Assembly: GCA_947363765.1 (NCBI GenBank) | Contig: CANAQC010000003.1 | Span: 7,756 to 71,755, forward strand | Reading direction: 5' to 3' | DNA: 64,000 nucleotides | From: an uncultured Clostridium sp. | GTDB taxonomy: Bacteria; Bacillota; Clostridia; TANB77; CAG-508 | Part shown: positions 51,236-62,586 of the stretch, piece by piece | How the letters are laid out: the number at the start of each line of letters is the position of its first letter | Position numbering within the stretch: the stretch's first letter is position 1 | Position numbers and translations under genes: made by a program | Notes under the pieces: model-generated | Told to the model about the DNA's origin: nothing | Seen by the model: only the letters and a program-made list of their open reading frames with translations | Databases searched by the model: none

Positions 51236-54200
51236 ATGTCAAAATTTATTCATTTACATGTGCATAGTGAATATAGTTTATTAGATGGAGCAAACAGAAT
51301 TAAAGATCTACCAATTCGTGCAAAAGAAATGGGAATGGAAGCCATTGCTCTTACAGACCATGGAGTTATGTATGGAGTTATCGACTTTTATAAAGCATGT
51401 AAAAAAGAAGGAGTTAAGCCAATTATTGGTTGTGAAGTATATGTTGCAAATAGGGCAAGATTTGATAAAGAAGCAGGTTTAGACTTTAACAATCATCTTA
51501 TTTTACTTGCTAAAAATAACATAGGATATCAAAACCTAACAAAGCTAGTATCAGCAGGATTTACAGAAGGGTTTTATTATAAGCCACGTATAGATAAAGA
51601 ATTATTGCAAAACCATCATGAAGGACTTATTTGCCTTAGTGCTTGTCTTGCAGGAGAAGTAAACCAAGCCATTTTAAAAGATGATATAGAGCATGCAGAA
51701 GAAGTAGCTTTATGGTTTAAAAATTTATTTGGACAAGATTATTATTTAGAAGTGCAAAATAATGGAATTAAAGAACAAGTTCTTGCAAATCAAAAGCTAA
51801 TACAAATATCGAAAAAATTAGATATTCCATTAGTTGCGACAAATGATGCTCATTATTCAAAAAAAGAAGATGCCTATAATCATGAGGTTTTATTATGCAT
51901 ACAAACAGGAAAGAAAATGAAAGATGAAGATCGTATGCGTTTTGATACAGAAGAGTTATATTTAAAAACTACAGAAGAAATGGAAGATTATTTTAGTAAT
52001 ATTCCAGAAGCTATTGAAAACACAGTAAAAATTGCAGACAAATGTAACGTTGAATTTGAATTTGGGCATACTATTTTACCAAACTATGATGTACCAAAAG
52101 AATTTAAAACACATTATGATTATTTAAAGAAATTATGTGATGATGGTATAAAAGAACGTTATGGAGAAAATCCATCAAAAGAAATTTTAGAAAGAGCAGA
52201 TTATGAATTAAATGTTATAGACAAAATGGGATATATAGATTATTACTTAATTGTGTGGGATTATATTCATTATGCAAAATCTGTAGGTATTCCAGTAGGA
52301 CCAGGGCGTGGTTCAGGGGCAGGCTCTATTTTAGCATATGCTATTGGAATTACAGACATTGATCCAATAAAATATAACTTGCTATTTGAACGTTTTTTAA
52401 ATCCAGAAAGAATTAGTATGCCAGATTTTGACGTAGATTTTTGCTATGAAAGAAGAGATGAAGTTATTGACTATGTATGTAATAAATATGGTTATGACCA
52501 TGTATCTCAAATTATTACTTTTGGGACTATGGCTGCAAGAATGGTTATTAGAGATGTTGGAAGAGTACTAGATATTCCATATCAAGAAGCAGACAAATTA
52601 GCTAAAATGATTCCAAATGAATTACATATTACTATTCCAAAAGCATTAGAACAAAATCATGAATTAAGACAATTATATGAAATAAGTGAAGAGACCAAAC
52701 AAGTATTAGATATTGCTATGGCATTAGAAGGAATGCCAAGACAGGCATCAACCCATGCTTGTGGAGTAGTTATTACAAAAGAACCTGTTGTAAACTATGT
52801 ACCACTATATGTTAACACCAAAGATGGTTCTATAACTACTCAGTTTATTATGACAACATTAGAAGAATTGGGATTACTAAAAATGGACTTTTTAGGATTA
52901 AGGACACTAACTGTAATTCAAGATGCAATAAATCTAGTAAAAAAGACAAGAGGAATAGATGTTAAATTTGATGAAAAAATGAATGACCCTAAAGTATATA
53001 AATTATGGGCAAATGGAGAATCAAGTGGAATCTTTCAATTTGAATCACAAGGTATGACAAACTTTATGAAGGAACTAAAGCCAGATAGCTTAGAAGATAT
53101 TATTGCTGGTGTTTCGTTATATCGTCCAGGACCAATGGATCAAATCCCCAGATATATTAAAAATAAATTAGATCCAGAACATGCTGTATATACACACCCA
53201 TCTTTAGAACCAATTTTAAATGTTACTTATGGTTGTATGGTATATCAAGAACAAGTTATGCAAATTGTAAGAGACCTAGCAGGTTATTCTTTGGGGCGTG
53301 CAGACCTTGTAAGACGTGCTATGGGAAAGAAAAAGCTAGATGTTATGGCAAAAGAACGAGAATATTTTATTAATGGAAAATTAGATGAAAAAGGAAATAT
53401 TGAAATTCCAGGTTGTATTAGAAATGGAATTGATGAAGTGTCTGCAAATAAGATTTTTGATGAAATGGCAGAATTTGCAAAATATGCATTTAACAAATCA
53501 CATGCAGCGGCATATGCAGTAGTATCTTATCAAACAGCATACCTAAAAGCATATTATAAAGAAGAGTTTATGGCAGCAACTTTAAATAGTTTTTTAGGAA
53601 ATTTAGATAAAATTCCTAGTTATATAGAAGAATGTAAACGTTTAAATATAGAAATTTTAAAACCAGATATTAATAAAAGTTATACAAAATTTACAGTTGA
53701 TAATGGTAAAATTCGCTTTGGCTTAGGAAGTATAAAAAATGTAGGAATTGTAGCAGTTGATAGTATTGTAAAAGAAAGAGAGGAAAAAGGAAATTTTAAA
53801 GATTTTACAGATTTTTGTGAAAGAATGCAAAATGATGCTATTAATAAAAAGTGTATTGAAAGTTTAATTAAAGCAGGAGCTTTTGATGAATTTAATCAAA
53901 CTAGAAGTACTCTTATGGCTTCATTTGAAAATATTATTGATACAATTTCAGATTCTTCTAAAAAGATGTTAAAAGGACAAGTAACTATGTTCGATTTAGC
54001 ACCAGAAGATGAACAAATGAATGATATTAAATATGTTTATAATACATTAAAAGAATGTTCAAAAAGAGAATTGCTTTCTATGGAAAAAGAAATGTTAGGA
54101 CTTTACATATCAGGACACCCCTTAGATAATTTAAGAGAGCAAATTGAAAAACAAACCAATATTAATACTATGAAAATGCGACAATTGCAAGAAGATGAAC

Positions 54201-54716
54201 AAAATATAGAATTGCAAACAGGAATGACAGAATTTAAAGATGGCGAATTTGTAAAACTTGTAGGAATTATCAGTAGTGTTAAAAAGAAATATACCAAAAA
54301 CAATAAAATCATGGCATTTTTAACAGTAGAAGATTTGTATGGACAAGCAGAAATTATTCTATTTGAAAATTGTTACCAAACTTGTTCTGATATTTTACTA
54401 AATGATAAAATCATTGTAATAGAAGGAAGACTAAGTATAAGAGAAGATGATGATATAAAAATTGTAGCAAATAGAATTACAGAATTTGGAGAAAAAAAAG
54501 ATAAAAGATTTGTAATTGATATTACAGATTTAAAAGAAGACAAAAAAGAAAAATTAAGAGGAGCAATAAAGTTTTTCTCAGGCGACAAAAATAACATTGC
54601 CATTTTTGTAAAAGAAAAAGAAGAAGAAAAAGCGTGTCGGAGGTATTTATTTAACAGATGAAATAAAGACGCAATTTGAAGAAATTGTAGGAGACAATAG
54701 AGTTAGTATAGTATAG
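51236..54716 (+). pseudogene. dnaE: DNA polymerase III alpha subunit DnaE, with its last 26 codons reached only by an apparent +1 shift at C54638 (in-frame CGG)
   Basis: PHP domain HLHVHSEYSLLDGA, palm/fingers motifs, OB fold. Frame 0 ends ...KACRRYLFNR* at 54661. Skipping C54638 gives ...KAC-GGIYLTDEIKTQFEEIVGDNRVSIV*, ending at 54716. Confidence 0.8.
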
Positions 54717-54861
54717 AAAAATAAAAAATCATTATATAATAACAGGTAATGGAGGGGAAAAAACAAATTACATAATCTTTTTATACAAGTTTTTCACAAA
54801 CTAGACACAAACTATAGTTATAATGTATAATAATTCTAGAAAACATAGGAGTTGAAAAAGT

Positions 54862-55542
54862 ATGAATAATGTAACAGTACTTGTTGTAGATGATGAATCA
54901 AGAATGAGGAAATTAATTAAAGATTTTTTAGTTAAAAAAGAGTTTAGTGTATTAGAAGCAGAAGATGGAGAAAAAGCATTAGAAGTATACCATGAATATA
55001 AAAAGAAAATAGGACTTATTTTATTAGATGTTATGATGCCAAAATTAGATGGATGGTCTGTATTAAGACAAATTCGACAAGAATCAAAAGTTCCAATAGT
55101 AATGTTAACAGCAAGAGGAGAAGAACAAGATGAATTATTTGGATTTGAACTTGGAGTTGATGAGTATATTTCAAAACCATTTAGTCCTAAAATTTTAGTA
55201 GCAAGAGTAGAAGCAATTTTAAATAGAACAAAAGCAAATGAAAATGAAGTAAAAGATTATGGTGGAATTGTAATTGATTCAGATGGAAGAACAGTAAAAA
55301 TAGAAGGAAAAGAAATTGAGATGAGTCTTCGTGAATATGAACTTTTAAAATACTTAGTAGATAACGAAGGAATTGCACTATCTAGGGATAAAATATTAAA
55401 TAATGTATGGAACTATGACTATTATGGAGATTCTAGGACTATAGATAGTCACATAAAAAAAATAAGACATAAACTAGGAAAAAAGGGAAAATACATAGAA
55501 ACAATGCGAGGAGTAGGTTATAAATTTGAGGTGAAAAGGTAG
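54862..55542 (+). CDS. OmpR-family response regulator
   Basis: Receiver (VLVVDDE...LLDVMMPKLDG), plus a winged-helix Trans_reg_C (RTIDSHIKKIRHKL...ETMRGVGYKF). Confidence 0.85.
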   Translation: MNNVTVLVVDDESRMRKLIKDFLVKKEFSVLEAEDGEKALEVYHEYKKKIGLILLDVMMPKLDGWSVLRQIRQESKVPIVMLTARGEEQDELFGFELGVDEYISKPFSPKILVARVEAILNRTKANENEVKDYGGIVIDSDGRTVKIEGKEIEMSLREYELLKYLVDNEGIALSRDKILNNVWNYDYYGDSRTIDSHIKKIRHKLGKKGKYIETMRGVGYKFEVKR

Positions 55543-55545
55543 GAT

Positions 55546-57054
55546 ATGGAAAATATAAAAAACAAATTTAAATCTATACGAATAAAATTATTTCTAACTC
55601 TTTGTATTGTTGTAGTAATTATTATTGCATTTTTAATTATAACAAATAATTTTGTATTAGAATCCTTTTATTTATATAGTAAGACAAAAAATTTAAATTC
55701 TATTTATGAAAGAATAAATAATTATTATATACAAAATCAAACTGATAGTACACAAATAAGACTAGAACTTGAAAAAGCGGCAATTAATAATAACTTTGAT
55801 ATATTAATTCAAGGTGAAAATGATATTAGTATTTTTTCTACAAATAGAGATTTCATATCAAGTATAGAAGACTTAAATTCTATTAATAATATAATATTAA
55901 AAAATAAGCAAAAAAACATAGTGTATAAAAATGATAAAGTTTTAATTAGAAAATTTGAAGATAAAAATAATGGTATTACTTTTATGATGTTTTGTGCCAA
56001 ATTAGATAATGGATATAATTTATATATTAGAATGCCATTTGCATCAATAAGAGAAAGTGTAAATATTTCCAATAATTTTCTATATTTAATAGGAGGTTTT
56101 ACTATTTTAATAGGAGGTATAGTAGTTTCTTTTATTTCAAGGAGATTTACTAGTCCTATTTTAGAATTAAATGCTATTGCAAATAAGATGTCAAAATTAG
56201 ATTTTAGTCATAAATATAGAGTTACTGATATAGATGATGAAATTAATAATTTAGGAAAAAGTATTAATACAATGTCAGACAAACTAGAAAGAACAATTAA
56301 AAGACTAAGAGAAACTAATATTGAATTAGAAAAAGATATTGAAGAAAAATCAAAAATTGATGAAATGAGAAAACAATTTATTTCAGATGTGTCACATGAA
56401 TTAAAGACTCCAATTGCTTTAATCCAAGGATATTCAGAAGGTTTAATTGAGAATGTAAATACAGATGAAGAAAATAGAAAATTTTATGCAGAGGTAATTT
56501 TAGATGAAGCAAATAAAATGGATAAATTGGTAAAACAATTATTAGAACTTATGAAATTAGAATACGGAAAAAGAGAATTTAACAATAAAAAATTTGATAT
56601 TTGTGAACTAATTAATGAAGTAATTAGAAAATCTAAAGTTATGATAGAAGAAAAAAATATTTTAGTTAAATTTAATAATCAAAAAAATATTTTTGTATAC
56701 GCAGATGACTTTTATATAGAGCAAGTTATAACAAATTATTTTACAAATGCATTAAAACATGTGCAAGAAAGAGACAAAGAAAAAATAATACAGATAGATA
56801 TATTTCCAAATATAGAGAAAAATACAGTAAGAATTAGTATTTTTAATACAGGTAATCAAATACCAGAAGAAAATTTAGTAAGAATTTGGAATAGATTTTA
56901 TAAAATAGATGAATCAAGAACAAGACAAGATGGAGGAACAGGTATAGGACTATCTTTAGTAAAAGCTATTATGAATAATTACAAAAAAGAATATGGAGTT
57001 ATAAACAAAGAAAATGGTGTTGAATTTTACTTCGATTTAGAACTAGTAGTGTAA
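55546..57054 (+). CDS. Sensor histidine kinase (HAMP-HisKA-HATPase)
   Basis: 2 TM helices, H-box FISDVSHELKTPIA, N/G boxes (NALKH, GGTGIGLSLVKAI). Confidence 0.85.
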   Translation: MENIKNKFKSIRIKLFLTLCIVVVIIIAFLIITNNFVLESFYLYSKTKNLNSIYERINNYYIQNQTDSTQIRLELEKAAINNNFDILIQGENDISIFSTNRDFISSIEDLNSINNIILKNKQKNIVYKNDKVLIRKFEDKNNGITFMMFCAKLDNGYNLYIRMPFASIRESVNISNNFLYLIGGFTILIGGIVVSFISRRFTSPILELNAIANKMSKLDFSHKYRVTDIDDEINNLGKSINTMSDKLERTIKRLRETNIELEKDIEEKSKIDEMRKQFISDVSHELKTPIALIQGYSEGLIENVNTDEENRKFYAEVILDEANKMDKLVKQLLELMKLEYGKREFNNKKFDICELINEVIRKSKVMIEEKNILVKFNNQKNIFVYADDFYIEQVITNYFTNALKHVQERDKEKIIQIDIFPNIEKNTVRISIFNTGNQIPEENLVRIWNRFYKIDESRTRQDGGTGIGLSLVKAIMNNYKKEYGVINKENGVEFYFDLELVV

Positions 57055-57108
57055 AATTTGTATAAACAAGAAAAATATGGAAAAACTATTGCTATAGAAG
57101 GTGATAAT

Positions 57109-57750
57109 ATGGCAGTAGTTTTTTTGTTTGGAATATTAATTATATTATTGTTCATAGTAATTATTCTTAGTAGTATATATTTTAGAATTGATGAAATAAA
57201 ATTTTTAAATAAACCAAAAAGATATTTAGACTATAAAGCATATATTGAATTAAGATTTTTAGGAAAGATAAAGATATTTAGTATTATGCTTGTACCTAAA
57301 AAAGTAAAGCAAATAGTGGATATAATAAAGATAAGACAAAAGATAGAACAAATAAATTGGAATCAATTTAAAAAAGAATTACCAAGTAAAGAAAAAATAA
57401 AAGAAATTATAAAAAAGTTAAATATAAAATTACAGAAATTTCATCTAGAATTAGAAATTGGAACACAAGATATATTAATTACCTCTTTTTTAGTAGCAGG
57501 ATTTGCAAGTATATTAGGAATTATTTTACCTAAAATTATATCAAAATATGATAAGGAAAAATATTTTTATAAAATTTTACCAAATTATTATAAGAAAAAT
57601 ATGGTAAAATTATCCCTAAATTGTATAATTCAGGTAAAAATGGTACATATTATCAGTATCATACCAATTTTATTAAAAGGAAAGGAGAAAAAGAAAAATG
57701 AGCGAACATCCAATAGAAGGGCTTATGACTACGGCTATGAACAGTATTAA
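57109..57750 (+). CDS. YtfI-like (DUF2953) sporulation membrane protein
   Basis: N-terminal TM helix and position directly upstream of ytfJ. The ATG at 57109 follows GAAGGTGA. The ORF track starts at 57058. Confidence 0.5.
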   Translation: MAVVFLFGILIILLFIVIILSSIYFRIDEIKFLNKPKRYLDYKAYIELRFLGKIKIFSIMLVPKKVKQIVDIIKIRQKIEQINWNQFKKELPSKEKIKEIIKKLNIKLQKFHLELEIGTQDILITSFLVAGFASILGIILPKIISKYDKEKYFYKILPNYYKKNMVKLSLNCIIQVKMVHIISIIPILLKGKEKKKNERTSNRRAYDYGYEQY

Positions 57751-58336
57751 AGATATGATAGATGTTAATACAATTATAGGTGAGCCGATTGAAACTTCTA
57801 ATAATGTTGTTATTATACCAATTTCAAAAGTATGTTTTGGATTTGCAGCAGGAGGAAGTGAATTTAAAGGAGAAACAATTGACGAATACACAAAACGTGA
57901 AAAAGAAGAAGAAATACAATATCGTCTTCCATTTGGAGGAGGTTCTGGAGCAGGAGTAAATATTAATCCAATAGCGTTTTTAGTAATACAACCTAATGGA
58001 GTTAAATTATTACCAATTAATCATTCTTCATCTATTGATAGATTATTAGATTATATGCCAGACTTAGTAGAAAAAGCAAATCATTTAATGAATAGAGCAA
58101 TGCAAGAGAAAAAAGAAGAAAAGAATAAAATAAGACAAGAAGAAATACGACAAAAAAAAGAAGAGGAAAAAAGAAGAGAAGAACAAAGACAAGAGAAAAT
58201 GGCACAAAAAGCAAAACCTAAGAAAAATCCTGAATCTCATGGTATTGTATATGAATATGCATATGAAGAACCAAGAAATGAAGGACAACCATTAAAAATT
58301 GAATATGAAGAATATGATAAATATGATGATGAATAA
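57698..58336 (+). CDS. ytfJ: Sporulation/germination protein YtfJ (GerW family) with a long K/E-rich C-terminal extension
   Basis: IEGLMTTAMNSIKDMIDVNTIIGEPIE...ISKVCFGFAAGGSEF...GGGSGAGVNINPIAFLVI. Confidence 0.8.
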   Translation: MSEHPIEGLMTTAMNSIKDMIDVNTIIGEPIETSNNVVIIPISKVCFGFAAGGSEFKGETIDEYTKREKEEEIQYRLPFGGGSGAGVNINPIAFLVIQPNGVKLLPINHSSSIDRLLDYMPDLVEKANHLMNRAMQEKKEEKNKIRQEEIRQKKEEEKRREEQRQEKMAQKAKPKKNPESHGIVYEYAYEEPRNEGQPLKIEYEEYDKYDDE

Positions 58337-58547
58337 AAAACGAAGGAATTTGTATAATTATAAAATAAAATAGGTTAAAATTATTAAAAAAAGAAAAAGA
58401 CTTGTTTCTAATGTATAAAATAAATATGAATTTGCAAAAGATAACATAAAATGGTATAATGTAGTTAGTGGTAAAACAAAGAAACATAAAGAGTCCCAAT
58501 ACGATAGTAGTATAAAATCAAAATTGGGCAGAAAAGGAGAGAACATT

Positions 58548-58802
58548 ATGACAGTAGAGCAACATTTATTAAAAATTCAAGAAGAGTATGACAAATTAAG
58601 CCAAGCAGCAAAAGAGAGGTCAATAGAAGTGGGGGGGGAGTATATGTCTTTACGAGAATTGCTTGATGAAATCAGCCAAGCTTTTTCAAGACTGAATGAG
58701 AGGCAGAAAGCTAATCTTCATATAGATGAAGATGGCTTTGTAGTAGGCACAGGGAATATGGAAAAGACATTGTTTGAATTGGCAGCAGGGAAATTTATCT
58801 GA
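58548..58802 (+). CDS. Hypothetical 84-aa protein, GC-richer than its surroundings, containing a G8 tract
   Basis: AAAAGGAGAG RBS. The G8 run at 58631..58638 is read as V-G-G-E. Confidence 0.45.
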   Translation: MTVEQHLLKIQEEYDKLSQAAKERSIEVGGEYMSLRELLDEISQAFSRLNERQKANLHIDEDGFVVGTGNMEKTLFELAAGKFI

Positions 58803-59066
58803 ATGTATACTGCCAGCACAGGCATATAAATAAGCAACAGAAATAATTAATGTTCTTTTAAGAAAGCTTCTATATAGGAGCTTTCTTTTCATTTAGATAA
58901 TAATTTATATAGATGTAATAAATAATTGATATTGTGTATATATTCTTATATGGAAATAATATAAGAGATTAATGTAACAAATCACAATTTTATTAAAAAT
59001 GGGTTGTATCAAAAAAATAATAGTAGTATAATAAAGCAAAAATAAAAATATTGGGAGAATAAAAAG

Positions 59067-59786
59067 ATGGAATTAACATGTAATGAAGGAAAAAGTATTA
59101 GGATTAATATAGATAATAAACAATATGATCGTTATGCTATAAGAACTCACTATGTACAAAAAGATGAAAATTATATAGATATTATAAAACAATATGTAAA
59201 AGATATATATACAAAAGATGATATTATTTCAATTAGTGAAAAAATAATATCGCTTTGTCAAGGAAGAGTTATTTATAAAAAAGATATTAAATTAAGTTGG
59301 ACAGCAAAATTTTTATCTAAATTTGTTGCAGTTACTCCAGCAGGAGAAGCAGTTGGAAATCCATATAAAATGCAAATTGCAATTAAGTTATGTGGTAAAA
59401 TAAAAGTTATATATGCAGCGATATTAGCAGGAATTGGAAAACTATTTCATAAAAAAGGAATTTTTTATGAAATAGTAGGACAACAGGTTGCAGGAATTGA
59501 TGGATTTTGTAATGATGCATATGAAGAATATTTAGATATGGGAATATTAAATCCAGATAATCCTACAAAAGTGTGTAATGAAATTTATGAAGCTTTAGGA
59601 ATTAAAGCAATGGTAGTAGATGCAAATGATATTAATGTAGAAATATTAGGAAAAGCAGATGTAATAGAACAAACAGAAGAAGAACTAAAAGCACTAATTA
59701 AAGATAATCCAGCAGGTCAGGCAAATCAACAAACTCCTATTATTTTAATTAGACAAGTAGAACAAAAAATAGAAGAAAATATATAA
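59067..59786 (+). CDS. F420-0:gamma-glutamyl ligase-like (CofE family) protein
   Basis: ISEKIISLCQGR...AGIDGFCND...VVDANDI resembles the CofE-like family common in Clostridia. Confidence 0.6.
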   Translation: MELTCNEGKSIRINIDNKQYDRYAIRTHYVQKDENYIDIIKQYVKDIYTKDDIISISEKIISLCQGRVIYKKDIKLSWTAKFLSKFVAVTPAGEAVGNPYKMQIAIKLCGKIKVIYAAILAGIGKLFHKKGIFYEIVGQQVAGIDGFCNDAYEEYLDMGILNPDNPTKVCNEIYEALGIKAMVVDANDINVEILGKADVIEQTEEELKALIKDNPAGQANQQTPIILIRQVEQKIEENI

Positions 59787-59792
59787 AAAGTG

Positions 59793-59823
59793 AAAAGAAA
59801 TCTAGAACAAATAGATTTCTTTT
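59793..59823. terminator. Bidirectional terminator
   Basis: AAAAGAAATCTA, loop gaacaaa, TAGATTTCTTTT. Confidence 0.7.
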
Positions 59824-60268
59824 AGTTCTTTTCCTTTAAAGAACGAGCAATACTTAATTTTGCTTCTTTTTTAGCTAGTTCTTGACGTTTATCGTATAAT
59901 TTTTTACCTTTACCAATGCCTAATTCTACTTTTACAAATTTACCTTTAAAATATATGCTCATAGGAATAAGTGCATAACCTTTTTGCTTAGTTAAACCTA
60001 TTAAACGATTAATTTCATGTTTTGTTAATAAAAGTTTTCTACTTCTTAATGGATCTTTATTAAAAATATTACCATATTCATAAGGACTAATATGCATACC
60101 TAAAATGTAAATTTCTCCATTTTTTAAAATAGCATAACTATCTTTTAAATTTACTTTACCTATACGAATAGATTTAATCTCTGTACCAGTTAGTACAATT
60201 CCTGCTTCTTTAGTATCTTCAATAATATAATTGTGTCTAGCAGTAGGATTTTTTGCAATTAGTGACAT
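59822..60268 (-). CDS. smpB: SsrA-binding protein SmpB
   Basis: [32 protein letters not shown]...LLLTKHEI... Confidence 0.9.
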   Translation of the reverse strand: MSLIAKNPTARHNYIIEDTKEAGIVLTGTEIKSIRIGKVNLKDSYAILKNGEIYILGMHISPYEYGNIFNKDPLRSRKLLLTKHEINRLIGLTKQKGYALIPMSIYFKGKFVKVELGIGKGKKLYDKRQELAKKEAKLSIARSLKEKN

Positions 60269-60392
60269 ATTTAATAATTCACCCTTTCAATTTTTTAATA
60301 TGCATTATATTATATCATTAAAATAAATAAAAGAATAGATGTAATAAAATTATTATAAAAAATTAAAAAAAGACGAGCAAAGCTCATCTTTT

Positions 60393-60815
60393 TTAGTGAT
60401 TATGATGTTTACCATAATCTGTTTTGTTTTGCATTGCATAATACCAAACAAGACCTACAATAGCAAGGGCAGCAATTGCTAAAACAAACCAAGTCCAAGT
60501 GTTTGCGCTCATACCTAAAATAGTAGAATTTTCAGCATTTGTTCTTGTAGCAGTATATCCATTTTGTGTATCTGTTCTAGTCATAGAATCTGATATGTGA
60601 GAAGTAGTATTTCTTGCTGAATTTCCAATATTTTGTATACCAGTACCAATTGCAGAAGTAGTATCTTTTACAACATTTTCAGTACCATTTAATACATTTT
60701 GCACACTAGTTTTTGTTTTATCCATTGAGTCTTTTAATTCATTTGTTGCAAAAACAAAAGATGTAGCCAAAATTATAGTAAATCCAAGTATAAAAGCAAA
60801 GATTTTTTTTGACAT
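60393..60815 (-). CDS. Hypothetical secreted protein with a C-terminal TM anchor
   Basis: Signal peptide, a T/N/S-rich region, and a C-terminal TM helix WTWFVLAIAALAIVGLVWYY. Confidence 0.45.
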   Translation of the reverse strand: MSKKIFAFILGFTIILATSFVFATNELKDSMDKTKTSVQNVLNGTENVVKDTTSAIGTGIQNIGNSARNTTSHISDSMTRTDTQNGYTATRTNAENSTILGMSANTWTWFVLAIAALAIVGLVWYYAMQNKTDYGKHHNH

Positions 60816-60977
60816 AATTCAATACCTCCTAAAAAAATTAAGTTTTTTAAACTATTAATAGTATTGTCAAATTTAATCGAATTATCCATCAAAAATATAG
60901 TATTAAATAAAATAAAAACGGAAAAATGCACAAAAAATGGATAAATATGAAATATTTATCCATTTATATGTATAAAA

Positions 60978-61325
60978 TTAATGTTTTAATCGAATGATAA
61001 TAGCAATACCAAGTAATACTAATAATATGCCAATAACAATTAATATAATGTTTAAAACATTTCCTAAATCAAGACCAGAATCATAAGAAGTATTTAATGA
61101 ACTAAGTGTAGTACTAGGATTTGAATAATCACCTTGTGAAGTTAAATTTTCAGAAGTAGATTGAGTATTAGTATTTATTGAACTATCCACAGAAGTATTT
61201 GATATAGAATTATTACCATTTGGTGATGTTAAATTCATATTAACACTTGTTGCTTCTACAAAATGTGGTATTAAAAGCATAAATACAATACATAAAATAG
61301 CTAATATACTTAAAGATTTTGACAT
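60978..61325 (-). CDS. Hypothetical S/T/N-rich surface protein with a C-terminal TM anchor
   Basis: The ATG at 61325 follows GGAGGGAAG (MSKSLSILAILCIVFML). The ORF track start is 61340. Confidence 0.45.
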   Translation of the reverse strand: MSKSLSILAILCIVFMLLIPHFVEATSVNMNLTSPNGNNSISNTSVDSSINTNTQSTSENLTSQGDYSNPSTTLSSLNTSYDSGLDLGNVLNIILIVIGILLVLLGIAIIIRLKH

Positions 61326-61642
61326 TTTTCTTCCCTCCATAAATATAAATTATTTATGTTATCATCATACACAAAAATATAATAAAAGTCTATACTATTT
61401 TTAAAAAAAGAAAAATTTTATCATTACTCTAAAAATTATAATTAAAATAATATTATATTATTATTATATATGTAAAAATTATTCTATATTTTGTATAAAA
61501 AATAATATATTACATAAAAATAATAAAGAAAAATCTATTATAAAATTATATAATAAATTAATTTAAAAGTTCTTGACCAATAATATACATTATGTTATTA
61601 TATATTATATAATTTTTAATAAAAAAGTTAAAGGAGAAACAT

Positions 61643-62329
61643 ATGAAAAAGATAGTAAAAATAAGTTTAGTTTTATTAGTAGTAATAGGAATTGTAACAA
61701 ATGTATATGCATCTAGTTGTAATGTAAGTTTGCAACCTTCTAAAAGTGAGGTTAAGCAAAATGAAGAATTTGTAGTTGATGTTGTGTTATCAAATATTCA
61801 AGATGATAAAGGAATGATTACATTAACTGCAACATTAGATTATGATAGAAATAATCTAACATTCGTAAAGATAGATGGACAAAATAGTTGGAAACCTTCT
61901 TATAATGAAGAAAATGGAAAAATAGCAGCAGAAAGAAATGAGTATACTAAAAATAATGAAACGATATTTAAAATTACTTTTAAAGTAAAAGAAAAATCTC
62001 AACAAAGTGTAGGAATTACATTAAAAGATATTATATTTTCAAATGGAGATCAAGATATTGATGTAACAAATGCTACTACTACACTTTTATTAGCAAATAA
62101 TGAAGAACCTACAAAACCAGATAATAATCAAAACACAAATACTATTATTGATACACCAACAAATAACAATAGTACAACAAATAAAATTGATGATACTACT
62201 GTAAAAAAGGAAAAATTGCCTCAAACTGGTGATATGGATATTGTATTATTTGCATTAGGAGGAATAGCAGTCTTAACAACAATATTTTTTATTAAAGTAA
62301 AAATAATAGATAAAAATATAAAACAATAA
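61643..62329 (+). CDS. Cell-wall-anchored (LPXTG) protein with a cohesin-like domain
   Basis: Signal peptide, a cohesin-like beta-sandwich (VSLQPSKSEVKQNEEFVVDVVLSNIQDDKGMITLTATLDYDRNNLTFVKIDG), an N/T-rich linker, then LPQTGD, a TM helix and a basic tail. Confidence 0.6.
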   Translation: MKKIVKISLVLLVVIGIVTNVYASSCNVSLQPSKSEVKQNEEFVVDVVLSNIQDDKGMITLTATLDYDRNNLTFVKIDGQNSWKPSYNEENGKIAAERNEYTKNNETIFKITFKVKEKSQQSVGITLKDIIFSNGDQDIDVTNATTTLLLANNEEPTKPDNNQNTNTIIDTPTNNNSTTNKIDDTTVKKEKLPQTGDMDIVLFALGGIAVLTTIFFIKVKIIDKNIKQ

Positions 62330-62586
62330 AATTATAATGTGTTTATACAGGGTATGTATTTTACCTTGTATTTTTTATATAAAAATGCTAGAATAGGGAT
62401 GTTAGAAAAAATACATTTAGTTTAAAAATATAAAAATTTGTGACCGAATTTGTGTAAAATTCGTATAAGTGAAAAATAGTTAAAGTTAGAAATTTTGAAT
62501 TTGCCAGATGTTTGGCAAATTTATTAGAGAACATAGGAAAAAGTACAAAAATATGATAAAATAAATTAAAATTAGGAGGTGCTAAT

